The notes: generated by a model not told the origin, from the sequence alone. Counted from the stretch's first letter, positions 27,771 through 37,630 are shown. The stretch is DNA of 64,000 nt from Candidatus Tritonobacter lacicola (GCA_030765135.1 JAVCDC010000082.1:4351-68350); one strand, 5' to 3'. Translations and numbers: made by a program.

Positions 27771-28616
27771 CTAACTAGGACTGGCCTGCTGCTTTCGCTG
27801 TTCCTCCAGGTAGTACTCCCTGTGCCTCTTCCTCCGGTCATGGTCCCTTTTACTGCTTCTCTGGGCTTCGTTTACTCCTATCGGGACGGAGATACCCGTG
27901 CCCACCACCGCGGCGCCGCCGCCCACGATTGCGGCCTTGGTCGCCATGGAAGTTCCTCCCAGGGCACCGGCGCCCGCCCGCACTATTGTCGTACTCTCGA
28001 CAAGCGCAAGCGTAGTAATCTTGCCGACATCCTTAGCCGGTCCGGGAGCTTTGCCCGCGGGGATCTCACAAGCCTGGCTCGAACCTATCTTCGTCTCGCC
28101 GGCAATCTTAGGATTGCTGCTCTTCGCGACGACATCTCCCTTTAAACAGGTGCTCCTGGTGAGGCCGGCCCCGGGTATCTCGACAACGTATTCCGTTCCC
28201 ATGACGCCGCATATTGCCGTGGCCGTTTTTATCTCGAACCTGGACTTGGGGCTCTTCAGCTTCCCGACCTTGGCCCTCATGATACCGCGCGCTGCCTGGA
28301 AAGACGACTGCTGCAGCTTTTCGGCGGGGTTATAATGGAACTCGGTGATCTTGACCTCGCTGTTATGTCCGAGGTTGAGCTCCGACCCGTCCTTGAAAAC
28401 AAGGTTTACCTTCGACTGAGGCTTGGTCCTCACGGAGTCGTTCAGGTAAACAAGGCCTTTAATTGCCAGGGGCTTCCACGCCTTCGCGTCCTGACGCATG
28501 ACCTCCACGGCGCCACGCATATTGGCGACGTAGCCAACCTCCTGGGCCGCAACGGAAAATGACGAAATCACCAAAGCCAATACGATTATAACAACACTAC
28601 GGGCTACCGCTTTCAC
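27771..28616 (-). CDS. FecR-domain periplasmic protein
   Basis: A signal peptide is followed by GYVANMRGAVEVMRQDAKAWKPLAIKGLVYLNDSVRTKPQSKVNLVFKDGSELNLGHNSEVKITEF, which matches the FecR sensor domain pattern. Confidence 0.75.
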   Translation of the reverse strand: MKAVARSVVIIVLALVISSFSVAAQEVGYVANMRGAVEVMRQDAKAWKPLAIKGLVYLNDSVRTKPQSKVNLVFKDGSELNLGHNSEVKITEFHYNPAEKLQQSSFQAARGIMRAKVGKLKSPKSRFEIKTATAICGVMGTEYVVEIPGAGLTRSTCLKGDVVAKSSNPKIAGETKIGSSQACEIPAGKAPGPAKDVGKITTLALVESTTIVRAGAGALGGTSMATKAAIVGGGAAVVGTGISVPIGVNEAQRSSKRDHDRRKRHREYYLEEQRKQQASPS

Positions 28617-29032
28617 TATAAGACCTCTCTTTTCCGCCCTGCCGGGGCGCTATGCGTGTTTGAATAAAAAATACGAATTTATTGAGATTCCGAAGCATTA
28701 AAATAATTAGTGCCATGATACAATTATAGGCACTTATTGCAAGTCAAATTTTCCCTCGCCGGGTAAGTAATGCGGAATGGCGCACAAACCCGATATTTTT
28801 TTCCTGACATATATAAAGTGAATTGATAATCGATTTTATATACATTTCACCATTTCGTGCATTTTGACCATCCCTGATGAGGAGATTTACATGGCGGCGA
28901 CTTATAAAGTGCAGAACGGACATCAATTAATTTGTCAAAGCATAAGCCCTTCTTCTTTTTCACTGAAAAATCCGGAAAAATATTTGCCTCAGCTTGCCGC
29001 AGATATTGACATGGCAACTTACCAGGTATAAG

Positions 29033-31321
29033 ATGGCATCGATGTTTTCAACGCGCCCGGGTCGTAAACCGAAACTCATCGGCTTCCTTATCGGGATGCT
29101 CGCCCTCTTTATCTCTCTCTCATTCTACTTTCTCGGCGCTGAACTTCTGGACGTACTGGAGCTGAAAACGCTGGACCTCAGGTTCAGGATACGGGGCCCG
29201 ATCAGTCCCGGCAATCCAATTGCTATCGCGGCCATCGACCAGAAATCAATAGACAGGCTGGGAAGGTGGCCCTGGCCGCGATCTACCATTGGAACACTCC
29301 TGGAGACACTCAAGGAAAGAGGCGCGCTTGCAATCGGCATGGATGTCGTCTTCGCATCACCGGATAATAACCCGGCGCTAACCCAGGCGCGGACGCTCAT
29401 TGATGAATTCGACCGCACCGGCCTGGGAGAAACAGCCGGGAAAGGACCGGAGTTCAGGGATACACTCGAGAAAGCGCTGGCCGAATCGGACACAGACGCG
29501 GCCTTCGCGGAATCGATATCGAAAGTGGGCAATGTTGTCCTCGGCTACTTTTTCTTCCTCTCGCCCGATGAAATAGAACACGTCACCCCGGAGGAGAAGG
29601 AGCGGGACAGGGAGGCCCTCTCGATCACCACCGGGCCGTTCATCAAGAGGCTCTCGAAGAACGTCGACGAGAGCGGCATCCCCGTCGCCTTCGGCGTAAA
29701 GCCGAACATTATGAAGCTTTCCTCCAGGGCGAACTCCAGCGGATTCGTTAATTTCGCGCTCGACATCGATGGTGTCATCAGGTGGGCGCCGCTCATCATC
29801 CGCTACGGGCCATCCTACCACCTGTCACTGGATGTCGAGGTGATCGGCGAGTACCTTGGAATTCCCGCGACCCAGACCGCCGTCTACCTGGCTGATTACG
29901 GCGTTGCCGGCATCGCCATGGGGCCCGGGACAATCCCGACCGATGAAGGGGGAAAAATCCTCATTAACTACCGCGGGCCCGCCCGCACTTTCCCGTACTA
30001 TTCCATAAGCGACATTCTCTCCGGTGATGTGGGAAAAGAGGAGCTCGGCGGAAGGATCGTCCTTGTCGGCGCTACGGCAACAGGGCTGACGGACGTCAGG
30101 CTCACTCCCTTCTCGGGGAAATCGTGGATCTGTTTCCCGGGCGTTGAGGTCCACGCGAACGCCATCGACACTATTCTGGCGGGGGACGCAATATCGAGGC
30201 CGGACTGGTTCTACCTCATAGACCTGGTCTCCATGCTCTTCATCGGCCTAACACTGGCCATGGTTCTTCCCAGAGTTAAGGCCGTCCAGGGCTTCGCGTT
30301 CACCGCGGTTCTCCTCGCCGGCTACCTTTCGGTGGTCCAGTTAGCCTTCACGAAATTCGGAATGTGGTTGAACAGCACATGCCCCTCTCTCCTGATTATC
30401 ATGAGCTACCTTTTCATAACCACGTACCGCTTCATGACGGAGTATAAGCATAAGAACATGATAAAGAATGCGTTCAAGTTCTACCTCTCGCCACAGGTTG
30501 TTGAAGAAGTCGTCAAGGATGCCTCCACGCTCCGCCTTGGGGGGGAGAAGAAAGAATTGACCGTCCTTTTCTCCGACATCAAGGGCTTTACGTCCTTGTC
30601 GGAACAGGTCGAGCCCCACCTCCTCATTTCCATTCTCAACGAGTACCTCACCGGGATGACGGAGATCATCTTCCGTCACAACGGTACGCTGGACAAGTTC
30701 GTGGGGGACATGGTCATGGCCATCTGGGGGGCGCCTGTCGACCAGGACGACCACGCCGCAATGGCCTGCCGCGCAGCTCTTGACATGCAGGCCGCTCTTA
30801 AAGCGCTCAGGGAAAAATGGAATAAAGAAGGAAGGCCGATGATCAAGGCCAGGATCGGCATTAACTCGGGGGAGATGATCGTTGGAAACATGGGATCGAA
30901 GACACGGTTCGACTATACCGTCATCGGAGATAACGTCAACCTGGGGTCCCGGCTCGAGGATATAAACAAGCTCTACGGAACCGGTATTGTAGTCAGTGAG
31001 TCGACGCGGGACCTGGCAGGCGGTGAGTTCGTGTTCAGAGAGCTCGACACCGTCAGGGTTAAAGGAAAGAAGAAAGCCATCAGGATATACGAGCTTATGG
31101 ACTCAACCGCTTGGGCAGGAGAAACGGGTTTGCTGCCGGGCGCCTGGGACAAAGCTCTGGCTCTCTACAGAGAGCAGCGCTGGGATGAGGCGATGGATAG
31201 TTTCCGGGAATTTTTAAAAATGAACGAGAAGGACGGCCCGTCCCTGGCCTACATCGGGAGGATCGAGCAGCTGAAAAAGACAGGTGTACCGGAGAAATGG
31301 GACGGGGTAATGACACTGTAG
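29033..31321 (+). CDS. CHASE2-sensor class III adenylate/guanylate cyclase with C-terminal TPR-like tail
   Basis: A TM helix, a large periplasmic CHASE2-type region and further TM helices precede the cyclase core. The core reads ELTVLFSDIKGFTSLSE...KFVGDMVMAIWGAP...IGINSGEMIVGNMGS..RFDYTVIGDNVNLGSRLE. I took the first ATG at 29033; the track begins at a TTG at 28994. Confidence 0.85.
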   Translation: MASMFSTRPGRKPKLIGFLIGMLALFISLSFYFLGAELLDVLELKTLDLRFRIRGPISPGNPIAIAAIDQKSIDRLGRWPWPRSTIGTLLETLKERGALAIGMDVVFASPDNNPALTQARTLIDEFDRTGLGETAGKGPEFRDTLEKALAESDTDAAFAESISKVGNVVLGYFFFLSPDEIEHVTPEEKERDREALSITTGPFIKRLSKNVDESGIPVAFGVKPNIMKLSSRANSSGFVNFALDIDGVIRWAPLIIRYGPSYHLSLDVEVIGEYLGIPATQTAVYLADYGVAGIAMGPGTIPTDEGGKILINYRGPARTFPYYSISDILSGDVGKEELGGRIVLVGATATGLTDVRLTPFSGKSWICFPGVEVHANAIDTILAGDAISRPDWFYLIDLVSMLFIGLTLAMVLPRVKAVQGFAFTAVLLAGYLSVVQLAFTKFGMWLNSTCPSLLIIMSYLFITTYRFMTEYKHKNMIKNAFKFYLSPQVVEEVVKDASTLRLGGEKKELTVLFSDIKGFTSLSEQVEPHLLISILNEYLTGMTEIIFRHNGTLDKFVGDMVMAIWGAPVDQDDHAAMACRAALDMQAALKALREKWNKEGRPMIKARIGINSGEMIVGNMGSKTRFDYTVIGDNVNLGSRLEDINKLYGTGIVVSESTRDLAGGEFVFRELDTVRVKGKKKAIRIYELMDSTAWAGETGLLPGAWDKALALYREQRWDEAMDSFREFLKMNEKDGPSLAYIGRIEQLKKTGVPEKWDGVMTL

Positions 31322-31362
31322 AACTGGATTCTTGATCCTCGATACTCGATTTTTGATTAAAA

Positions 31363-32583
31363 TCAGCAGCTGGTAGGCAATTTCTGCTTTTCCTTTTCTT
31401 TTTCCTTCTTCTCCTTTTTCTTTGGCGGCCCCTTTTTGCTGATCTTTTTCTCGAGCGCGGCGATCCTCTCCGCCACAAGTTCCTCCGCCTTCGTATCCCC
31501 GCAAAGGTCCATGTACTTTCGGTAGTAGATCAGGGCCTGATCGGGTTTGACTATGTGCTTTTCATAAATGCCGCCCAAGCCGACATAGGCACGGCTGAGA
31601 CTCTTATCGAGGGACACGGACCGCCCGTAGTTTTTAACAGCTTTCTTATACTCGCCGCGCTTGTGATGCAGAACGCCCAGATTCAAGAAAGCTTCCGCGT
31701 AACCCGGGTGGAACTTGGTCGCGGCGACGTAGGACCTGATGGCCAGGCTGTCCTTCCCCTTCCCCTCGTAAATTGTGCCTGCATTGAAATGGGCCAATGC
31801 ATTTTCCGGGTCCAGCTTCAGGGCTTTTTTGTATTCGGCAAGGGCCTCGTTTTGTTTCAACTGGGATTGGTGAACCACGCCGGCCTGAAAGTGGACCGCC
31901 TGACTCCATTTCTCCAGGTTGTCTTCTTTCCCGGGAGGCTCATCTCCTTCACCTGCTGTGGCGGCATTATCTCCAGTTCCCTGTTCCGCACCGGCGGGCT
32001 TCTCGACCTTCTCAACTCCCCGCTCAATCAGCTCCACGCTCCCGGGGAGGCCCTGCGGAGGTTTCTCGCCGGCATCCGGAACCGGACCAGCACGCGGGAC
32101 GGGTCCTTCATCCGCGCCCGTTGCTCCTTTCGGGCCGGACGCATCATCCGCCGCCTCCAGGGATTCCTTTTCCGGCGGAGCGGACCGGGCGCTGGCCTCC
32201 TCATGCTTCTCCGCCCTTTTCTCCCTCTCTACGTTCGCCTTTCCCTTTGTTTCCTTACGTGCCTCGATCCCGGCACCCCTCTTTTTGCCGCCTGCCGGAG
32301 CTCCCCTCTCCTTCAGGATAACCACATTATCATCGGTCCCGGCAACGGTTCGGCCGATGAAAATGGGCACGGTTCGCTTCTCCTTCCGGATCTCACTCGT
32401 CTTTCTCTCCAGTTCGGCGAGCTGCTTCTCGAGGGATGCCAGCTTCCTGCGCAGCTCAGCATCATTGCGCCGGTCTCCCTTAACCGAGGGACCAGCGCCG
32501 CCGCAGCCCGAAAGAATCAGGATACATGTCAGACAACAGCAATAAACAAAGATCGATCTGATTGCTTCCATTTTTATTTTCAT
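31363..32583 (-). CDS. TPR-repeat lipoprotein with low-complexity linker and K/E-rich tail
   Basis: Lipobox ILSGCGG, a coiled-coil and Pro/Gly/Glu-rich middle region, C-terminal TPR units (ALAHFNAGTIYEGKGKDSLAIRSYVAATKFHPGYAEAFLNLGVLH...) and a KKGPPKKKEKKEKEKEKQK tail. Confidence 0.7.
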   Translation of the reverse strand: MKIKMEAIRSIFVYCCCLTCILILSGCGGAGPSVKGDRRNDAELRRKLASLEKQLAELERKTSEIRKEKRTVPIFIGRTVAGTDDNVVILKERGAPAGGKKRGAGIEARKETKGKANVEREKRAEKHEEASARSAPPEKESLEAADDASGPKGATGADEGPVPRAGPVPDAGEKPPQGLPGSVELIERGVEKVEKPAGAEQGTGDNAATAGEGDEPPGKEDNLEKWSQAVHFQAGVVHQSQLKQNEALAEYKKALKLDPENALAHFNAGTIYEGKGKDSLAIRSYVAATKFHPGYAEAFLNLGVLHHKRGEYKKAVKNYGRSVSLDKSLSRAYVGLGGIYEKHIVKPDQALIYYRKYMDLCGDTKAEELVAERIAALEKKISKKGPPKKKEKKEKEKEKQKLPTSC

Positions 32584-32710
32584 ATCGGGAGGATCTTTGT
32601 AGACGAAAAACCGTGCCGATTAATAAGTTCCTGACAGATACGCCTCACTGCCCGGCTGCGAAGATTTCATGCAACACCCCGGCTATCCCGCCGGCTGTCC
32701 CGGACCCTCT

Positions 32711-33343
32711 TCAGCCGTCATCTATGCAACCGGCGATGGCGTCGCTCAGTCCACCCGTAGCACGAAGGCTTACGCCTTTTTCCATCAGCAAGACCTTGAG
32801 ACGCGCCAGGGACGCATCGTCGAAAAGAATGTCTTCGGCATTGACTATAACGCAACGGGGTCTCCTGCCTTTTTTCTCCATCGCCGAGACGAGGTCGCGC
32901 AGGTTATCTCCCCCGCCGGCCTCCCGGAGGTCGATGGCCACTATCTGCTCGACCCCGGACTTACCGCTGACGGCAAGGATTTCTTCGATCATGGGCAGGG
33001 AGAGGGGCAATTCATCGCTTTCCCGGCCGGGCGGGACGGCAAACATCATCCCGGAAGGGCCTGTATCGCCCTGGCAGAATAACATCGCGTACGGCGCCAT
33101 TTGCATACCCACCTGCATGGCCGACTGGATCAGGGGAGCAAAAGGCCTTATAATCATGAAAGGGAAGGCGATCATCTGCACGGGAAGCATGGCAAACCGT
33201 TCTAGGGGGGGTGCACCCGACCCGCCCCCCGTCGTGCATCCGCACAGGGCCGCTGCAACCACACAGGCAACGAATCTTGATGTCCTTTTTCCTGCCATTC
33301 TCAACCTTCTCCAATCAGGCGCCCTGCTGTCCCCATGACTCAA
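32711..33343 (-). CDS. Hypothetical lipoprotein
   Basis: It has a lipobox-like FVACVVAAALCGC and no recognisable family motif. Coding is inferred from its operon position between two TPR genes. The start is uncertain (alternative Met at 33298). Confidence 0.45.
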   Translation of the reverse strand: MSHGDSRAPDWRRLRMAGKRTSRFVACVVAAALCGCTTGGGSGAPPLERFAMLPVQMIAFPFMIIRPFAPLIQSAMQVGMQMAPYAMLFCQGDTGPSGMMFAVPPGRESDELPLSLPMIEEILAVSGKSGVEQIVAIDLREAGGGDNLRDLVSAMEKKGRRPRCVIVNAEDILFDDASLARLKVLLMEKGVSLRATGGLSDAIAGCIDDG

Positions 33344-33424
33344 TAACCGCCCTCGTGAATGTAATACAGTAAAGGCACGGGAAGCAACCGTAAAGACTCG
33401 CCGGGGATACTTTGTCCCGGGCGG

Positions 33425-34726
33425 TCATTTGCCGGCCCCCGGGGAGCCCGTCAACGCGGATATCTTCTCCGCCGCCTGCCGCGAGTAGCTTCCCTCCGGC
33501 TCCAGCTCAAGACATCGCCTGAAATATTTCACCGCTTCCTCCTTTTTGCCCAGCTTATCCGCGCACAGCTCGCCCATGACCAGGTTGGCGAGGGCGAAGT
33601 CCTGCCTGGCGTCAACGGCCTTCTTGTACTCCGCGAGTGCAAGGCGGTAATCGCCATCATTCTCGAAATCAACCCCCTTCAGGAAATACACTCTGGCCAG
33701 GTATTGGGCCGCGCCCAGTCCTGGGTCCAGCTCACCGGCAATCTTGATCTCCCTCAATGCCTCGGCGTAATTACCCAGCACGGTGTGTATCCTGCCTGTG
33801 TTCAGATGCGAGACGGCGTCGTCCCTATCGTGCTGGAGAGCTTTTTCGAACTGAGCCAGCGCTCTCCAGTAATCTCCATTTTCCAGGTAGAAGCTGCCGA
33901 GCTTCCGGTACGCAAGAGCCAGCGCCGGGCTCGCGGCCGTATCGCCGGACGCAGCTGCAGATCTCTCAAGCTCCCGGATGGCACGATGATACTTGCCCTG
34001 GTGAATCAGGGCTAGGGCAAGTCCCCGGCGGGCCAGGAGAAAATCCGGATCGAACTCACACGCTTTCGAGAACTCGGCGACGGCCATGCCGTAATCCCCG
34101 CGCTTCGAATGGATGATCCCGATATTATACCTGATAGCCACGTTGTCCAGCCCCCCATCTATAGCCATGCGGTAATGTTCCAGGGCCTTATCCGCTGGAA
34201 ACCCCGGGCCGTACCGCAGGCCGTCCTTGTCGTTCTCGTATGCCACGGCAAGGTTGTAATGGATCAAGGGATGAGCCGGGCTCAAAAGGAGGGCGCGCTC
34301 CAGGTCGCCTATGGCGTCTCCGGTCAGCCCCATATCCAGGTGGATTACGCCGATATTGAAAATGGCCGCCGCGTTATCGGGACAAAGGCTGACCGCTTCC
34401 TCCAGGCAGCTTAACGCCGCCTTGTAATTTTTTAAACCGGCGTGGGCGACGCCCAGATTGAACGCGACCGCCGCATCGCCCGGCGTTATCCGGTGCGCCT
34501 TCTCGAACTCCGCTATCGCTTCGTAGGGCTTTCCCGCCGCCGCGTACGCGATACCCAGGTTGTTGTGGGCCACCGCGGACGGCTTTTCACCCTCGGCCGC
34601 CAGTTTCAGCTCGATGAGATTGAGGCCGACCTCACCGATTTCCGGATCGAGCATCTTTTCCAGAGAAAAGGCACCGCGGGGGAGAATGATGCAGAGGGCA
34701 AGAAAAAGGAGAAGATATTGCCTCAC
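33425..34726 (-). CDS. TPR-repeat periplasmic protein
   Basis: A signal peptide is followed by about 10 tandem TPR units (e.g. AHNNLGIAYAAAGKPYEAIAEFEKAHRITPGDAAVAFNLGVAH). It has an ATGA overlap with the upstream PCP-like gene. Confidence 0.8.
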   Translation of the reverse strand: MRQYLLLFLALCIILPRGAFSLEKMLDPEIGEVGLNLIELKLAAEGEKPSAVAHNNLGIAYAAAGKPYEAIAEFEKAHRITPGDAAVAFNLGVAHAGLKNYKAALSCLEEAVSLCPDNAAAIFNIGVIHLDMGLTGDAIGDLERALLLSPAHPLIHYNLAVAYENDKDGLRYGPGFPADKALEHYRMAIDGGLDNVAIRYNIGIIHSKRGDYGMAVAEFSKACEFDPDFLLARRGLALALIHQGKYHRAIRELERSAAASGDTAASPALALAYRKLGSFYLENGDYWRALAQFEKALQHDRDDAVSHLNTGRIHTVLGNYAEALREIKIAGELDPGLGAAQYLARVYFLKGVDFENDGDYRLALAEYKKAVDARQDFALANLVMGELCADKLGKKEEAVKYFRRCLELEPEGSYSRQAAEKISALTGSPGAGK

Positions 34727-35985
34727 TTGCCCGTTCTCTTTCCCGGGAACGGAATAACCGCACCGAGAAACAGACCGACCAGCGCGGCGACTGCGACAAT
34801 CAACCGCTTTTCCGGGAGCACCTCTTCAGACGTGGGGGGGTCGAGAATGCTGAAATCAACCACCACGGCATCCCGGTCCTTCTCCCTGCCGAGGATGGCC
34901 GCCAGCCTGCCCTTCAGGGCCTCCAGGCGCTCGATGTCCTTCCTTCGCTCCTTTTCGAGCTTGACGATCCGCTTCCAGTCGCCCGGCGGGATATCCCTCT
35001 CGCCCCGTTCATATTGATCGATATCCTCCTGCAGCTTCGACCGTCGGACACGGATCTTTTCGATCTCGCCCTCAGCCGTAAGAAGGTCGGCCGAGAGCTT
35101 GCTGTGTTTTGGATTCAAAACGACCTTTTGATGCTTTATTATCTCCTGAGGCTTTTCGGCGATCATCCTCTCCGTGCTCTCGATCTGCTTCCTGAGGCGC
35201 TTTACGATGGGGTGCTCCTCAGATGAATCCACGAGATACTGCCTGAGTGCTTTCTGCATGGCCAGCAGATCCACGTTTAAATCTAGAACGGCCGGGTTGA
35301 TCTCCTTCACCATCTCGGTCACAACGTGCTCGTCCTCTTTCTCGTGCTGTGACTTAATCTTATCTATCTCTTTTTCGGCCTTTGCCAGCTCCCTCTCGGT
35401 TTTCCTGATCTCCCGCAAGTTATCCGCGTGGGCCCTCTCCAGCTTCTCGTGGGCGATAACTACTCCTTCTTTTCGATCACCGGGGCCGGCAAGCCAGGTG
35501 TACTTCTTTATAAAACCGTTGAGCTCTTCCTCGCTCGTGGCGGCGGCCTTCCTGTATTCCGAAATGCGGTTCCTGATAAGGCGGACCTCCCCCTCGTCTT
35601 CTTTGGCATGGCGCTCGATGAGGCTGTTCGTGTACTCATCGAGAATAAGCCCGAGCACGCGCTCGCACACAAGTGGCTCGGGGCCTGCGCACCGGAGACG
35701 GACGAGCCCGCCCGCGACTTTTGTGGCGGTGAGGCTGCCCCTGACATCCAGGGTGGAGCCGTAAAACGTCTTATCCCCGGAAAGCTCATTGGAGACGGAT
35801 TTCACGAGGGATGGGCGAAGAAGCTTTAGCGTGATGGCATCGGCGTCCGCGCCCGCCTTCGGCTCCAGGAGACACTGAGTCCTGTAGCCCGGCTTGATGA
35901 TCAGCGTGGCGCAGAAACCCACGGCTGCGCCTGTAAGCGCACCGATGACCAGCATCGCCAATTTTTTCTTATTGAATATTTTCAA
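34723..35985 (-). CDS. Kinase-less polysaccharide co-polymerase (Wzz/GumC-like chain-length-determinant topology)
   Basis: An N-terminal TM (LAMLVIGALTGAAVGFCATLII), a long charged coiled-coil periplasmic region and a C-terminal TM (LIVAVAALVGLFLGAVI) are present. There is no Walker motif. Confidence 0.6.
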   Translation of the reverse strand: MKIFNKKKLAMLVIGALTGAAVGFCATLIIKPGYRTQCLLEPKAGADADAITLKLLRPSLVKSVSNELSGDKTFYGSTLDVRGSLTATKVAGGLVRLRCAGPEPLVCERVLGLILDEYTNSLIERHAKEDEGEVRLIRNRISEYRKAAATSEEELNGFIKKYTWLAGPGDRKEGVVIAHEKLERAHADNLREIRKTERELAKAEKEIDKIKSQHEKEDEHVVTEMVKEINPAVLDLNVDLLAMQKALRQYLVDSSEEHPIVKRLRKQIESTERMIAEKPQEIIKHQKVVLNPKHSKLSADLLTAEGEIEKIRVRRSKLQEDIDQYERGERDIPPGDWKRIVKLEKERRKDIERLEALKGRLAAILGREKDRDAVVVDFSILDPPTSEEVLPEKRLIVAVAALVGLFLGAVIPFPGKRTGK

Positions 35986-36016
35986 ACCCGATAGCTGCCC
36001 GAGGAGAAAAAAGAGG

Positions 36017-36397
36017 TTACGAACCGGACTTCAACGGCTCCACCCTGAACCTGAATTTAACCTCACGGCCCCCGATATCCAGGGTAAGAAGAGTGTTCAT
36101 CCTCGTCAGGAGGAGCCTGTACGGCATCTGGACCGAGTGCCCCTCCACATCTATCCCGACATTAATCTCGCCCAGGATATCTTCGGCCTCTCTTATGGCC
36201 CTTACAAGGTTATCGAACTTCGCGAGCTTTGTCATGAGGGCCCCATCGAACTCGTACTTCTTCCCGCATGAAGGACAGACAATCCTCTTGTCGCAGACGG
36301 GGTCCACCGCCGAGAAAGAGAGTATCTGATCGCACTCGTCGTTAACACAGGGAAACTCTATTTCATTGCCTTCTGGCATTGCTATCACTTTCGGCAC
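36017..36397 (-). CDS. Small zinc-ribbon-like hypothetical protein
   Basis: The Cys pairs CVNDEC and CPSC lie in the first 50 aa. It is the first gene of the co-directional 5-gene group. Confidence 0.45.
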   Translation of the reverse strand: MPKVIAMPEGNEIEFPCVNDECDQILSFSAVDPVCDKRIVCPSCGKKYEFDGALMTKLAKFDNLVRAIREAEDILGEINVGIDVEGHSVQMPYRLLLTRMNTLLTLDIGGREVKFRFRVEPLKSGS

Positions 36398-36584
36398 GTC
36401 AACCTATCAGAAAGCTGGAGCCCCTGTCAAGCCGCCATTCAGCCTGCTTCACAATTAAAGCACTTCACGGAAATATCCCGTTCGGGACGGTATGAAAGCA
36501 TATCGAAACCAGGGGTAAATTTGTGATATAAAGCAATGCGCCTTAGCAAAGCCCCGCTCTCCTCAGCGTGACGCTATTTTTAAA

Positions 36585-37628
36585 ATGGACACTGCCAATA
36601 CCGACATCAACTGCCGCCGCGGTTGCCGTCTGCTTCTCCTGACATCGATCATCATCCTGAGCCTGGGTCTTAATTTGCTTGGTATCTGGTGGGGGCAATT
36701 TCACCCCGACGATATAACCTCCCTGGTCCTTTGCATGCTCAAGAATGGAACATTTGAGCCGCCCCACTATTACTACCCGACCTTCTTCATATACGTTGCC
36801 CTGATATCTTCAATCATCCCGGAAAAAGCCTTTGAAATTATCAATCTCATATTCTCCGGATGCGACCCGCGGAGCGCCCTGTGGATGTTGAAAATCCCTA
36901 ACCCCTGGCAGCCGACTCCCCTGGAATACATCGGGCCGAGAATATTGACCTCGCTTATAGGGACGCTGGGGGTCTATTTAACCTACTGCCTCGGTAAAAT
37001 GTGTTTCACGGTGAGAACAGGGCTGATAGCAGCTCTGCTATTAGCATCCTGTATGGGCTATGTGACAAATTCCCATTTTGCGACCACAGACATCCCCGTT
37101 ACCGTAATGATGGTCCTGGCCGCCCTGACGTGTTTCAGGGCGCACAGAAATGCAACAGCGGAGAGCTATGCGCTGGCCGGCTTAACAATAGGGCTTGCAA
37201 CAAGCACAAAATATTACGGAATAACGATGCTTTTCCCTTTCCTTTTCGTTCATATTATTGCGCTGAGGAATAAGCGCATCGCCTGGGGTAGAATGCCGCT
37301 CTCTTTCGCCTTCGTATTAATCGGTTTTGTCGCCGGGACGCCATATTCGCTTTTTTCCTTTTTTAAATTTACCGGACAGTTCCTGCAAATGAACATAACC
37401 GGGCCCGTGCTCTCCGGCATTAATGCGCCCATTGGTTATATTTCCCACTTTAAGAACCTGATAAAACTAATGGGCGCGCCCCTCTTTCTTACAACGTTAG
37501 CCTGCCTTGTTTACTCTCTGTATCATCTGCTTAAAAACAGAAAGTTTGAAATGGCTTATCTATGGATTGGCTTTACTCCGTTCTGGAAACAAACAAGCTA
37601 TACAGGGTGGTGTTGCGCCAGGGAATAA
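36585..37628 (+). CDS. GT-C fold glycosyltransferase (GT39/GT83, ArnT/PMT-like), possibly truncated
   Basis: A polytopic protein with ...WGQFHPDDITSLV..., YYYPTFFIYVAL and GPRILTSLIGTLGVYLTYCLGK...GLIAALLLASCMGYVTNSHFATTDIPVTVMM, resembling ArnT-like families. At 347 aa it is short for the family. Confidence 0.6.
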   Translation: MDTANTDINCRRGCRLLLLTSIIILSLGLNLLGIWWGQFHPDDITSLVLCMLKNGTFEPPHYYYPTFFIYVALISSIIPEKAFEIINLIFSGCDPRSALWMLKIPNPWQPTPLEYIGPRILTSLIGTLGVYLTYCLGKMCFTVRTGLIAALLLASCMGYVTNSHFATTDIPVTVMMVLAALTCFRAHRNATAESYALAGLTIGLATSTKYYGITMLFPFLFVHIIALRNKRIAWGRMPLSFAFVLIGFVAGTPYSLFSFFKFTGQFLQMNITGPVLSGINAPIGYISHFKNLIKLMGAPLFLTTLACLVYSLYHLLKNRKFEMAYLWIGFTPFWKQTSYTGWCCARE

Positions 37629-37630
37629 TA

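Noticed and set aside
28727-28741. A sigma-54-like GGCAC...TTGC upstream of the cyclase gene, plus a TGGCAC on the opposite strand at about 28709-28714.
   Set aside because: The GG-to-GC spacing is 10 nt instead of the required 12. The opposite-strand TGGCAC has no TTGC at the -12 position.
28744-28926. A 60-aa minus-strand ORF in the FecR/cyclase divergent spacer.
   Set aside because: The region is AT-rich, and the ORF has no RBS, no recognisable motif and odd composition. It is more likely promoter or regulatory DNA.
29006-29034. A sigma-70-like TTGACA-N17-TAAGAT upstream of the cyclase gene.
   Set aside because: The -10 hexamer overlaps the first ATG (29033), so the TSS would fall inside the ORF. 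It is only plausible if translation starts at the next Met as a leaderless mRNA, and there is too little support to call it.
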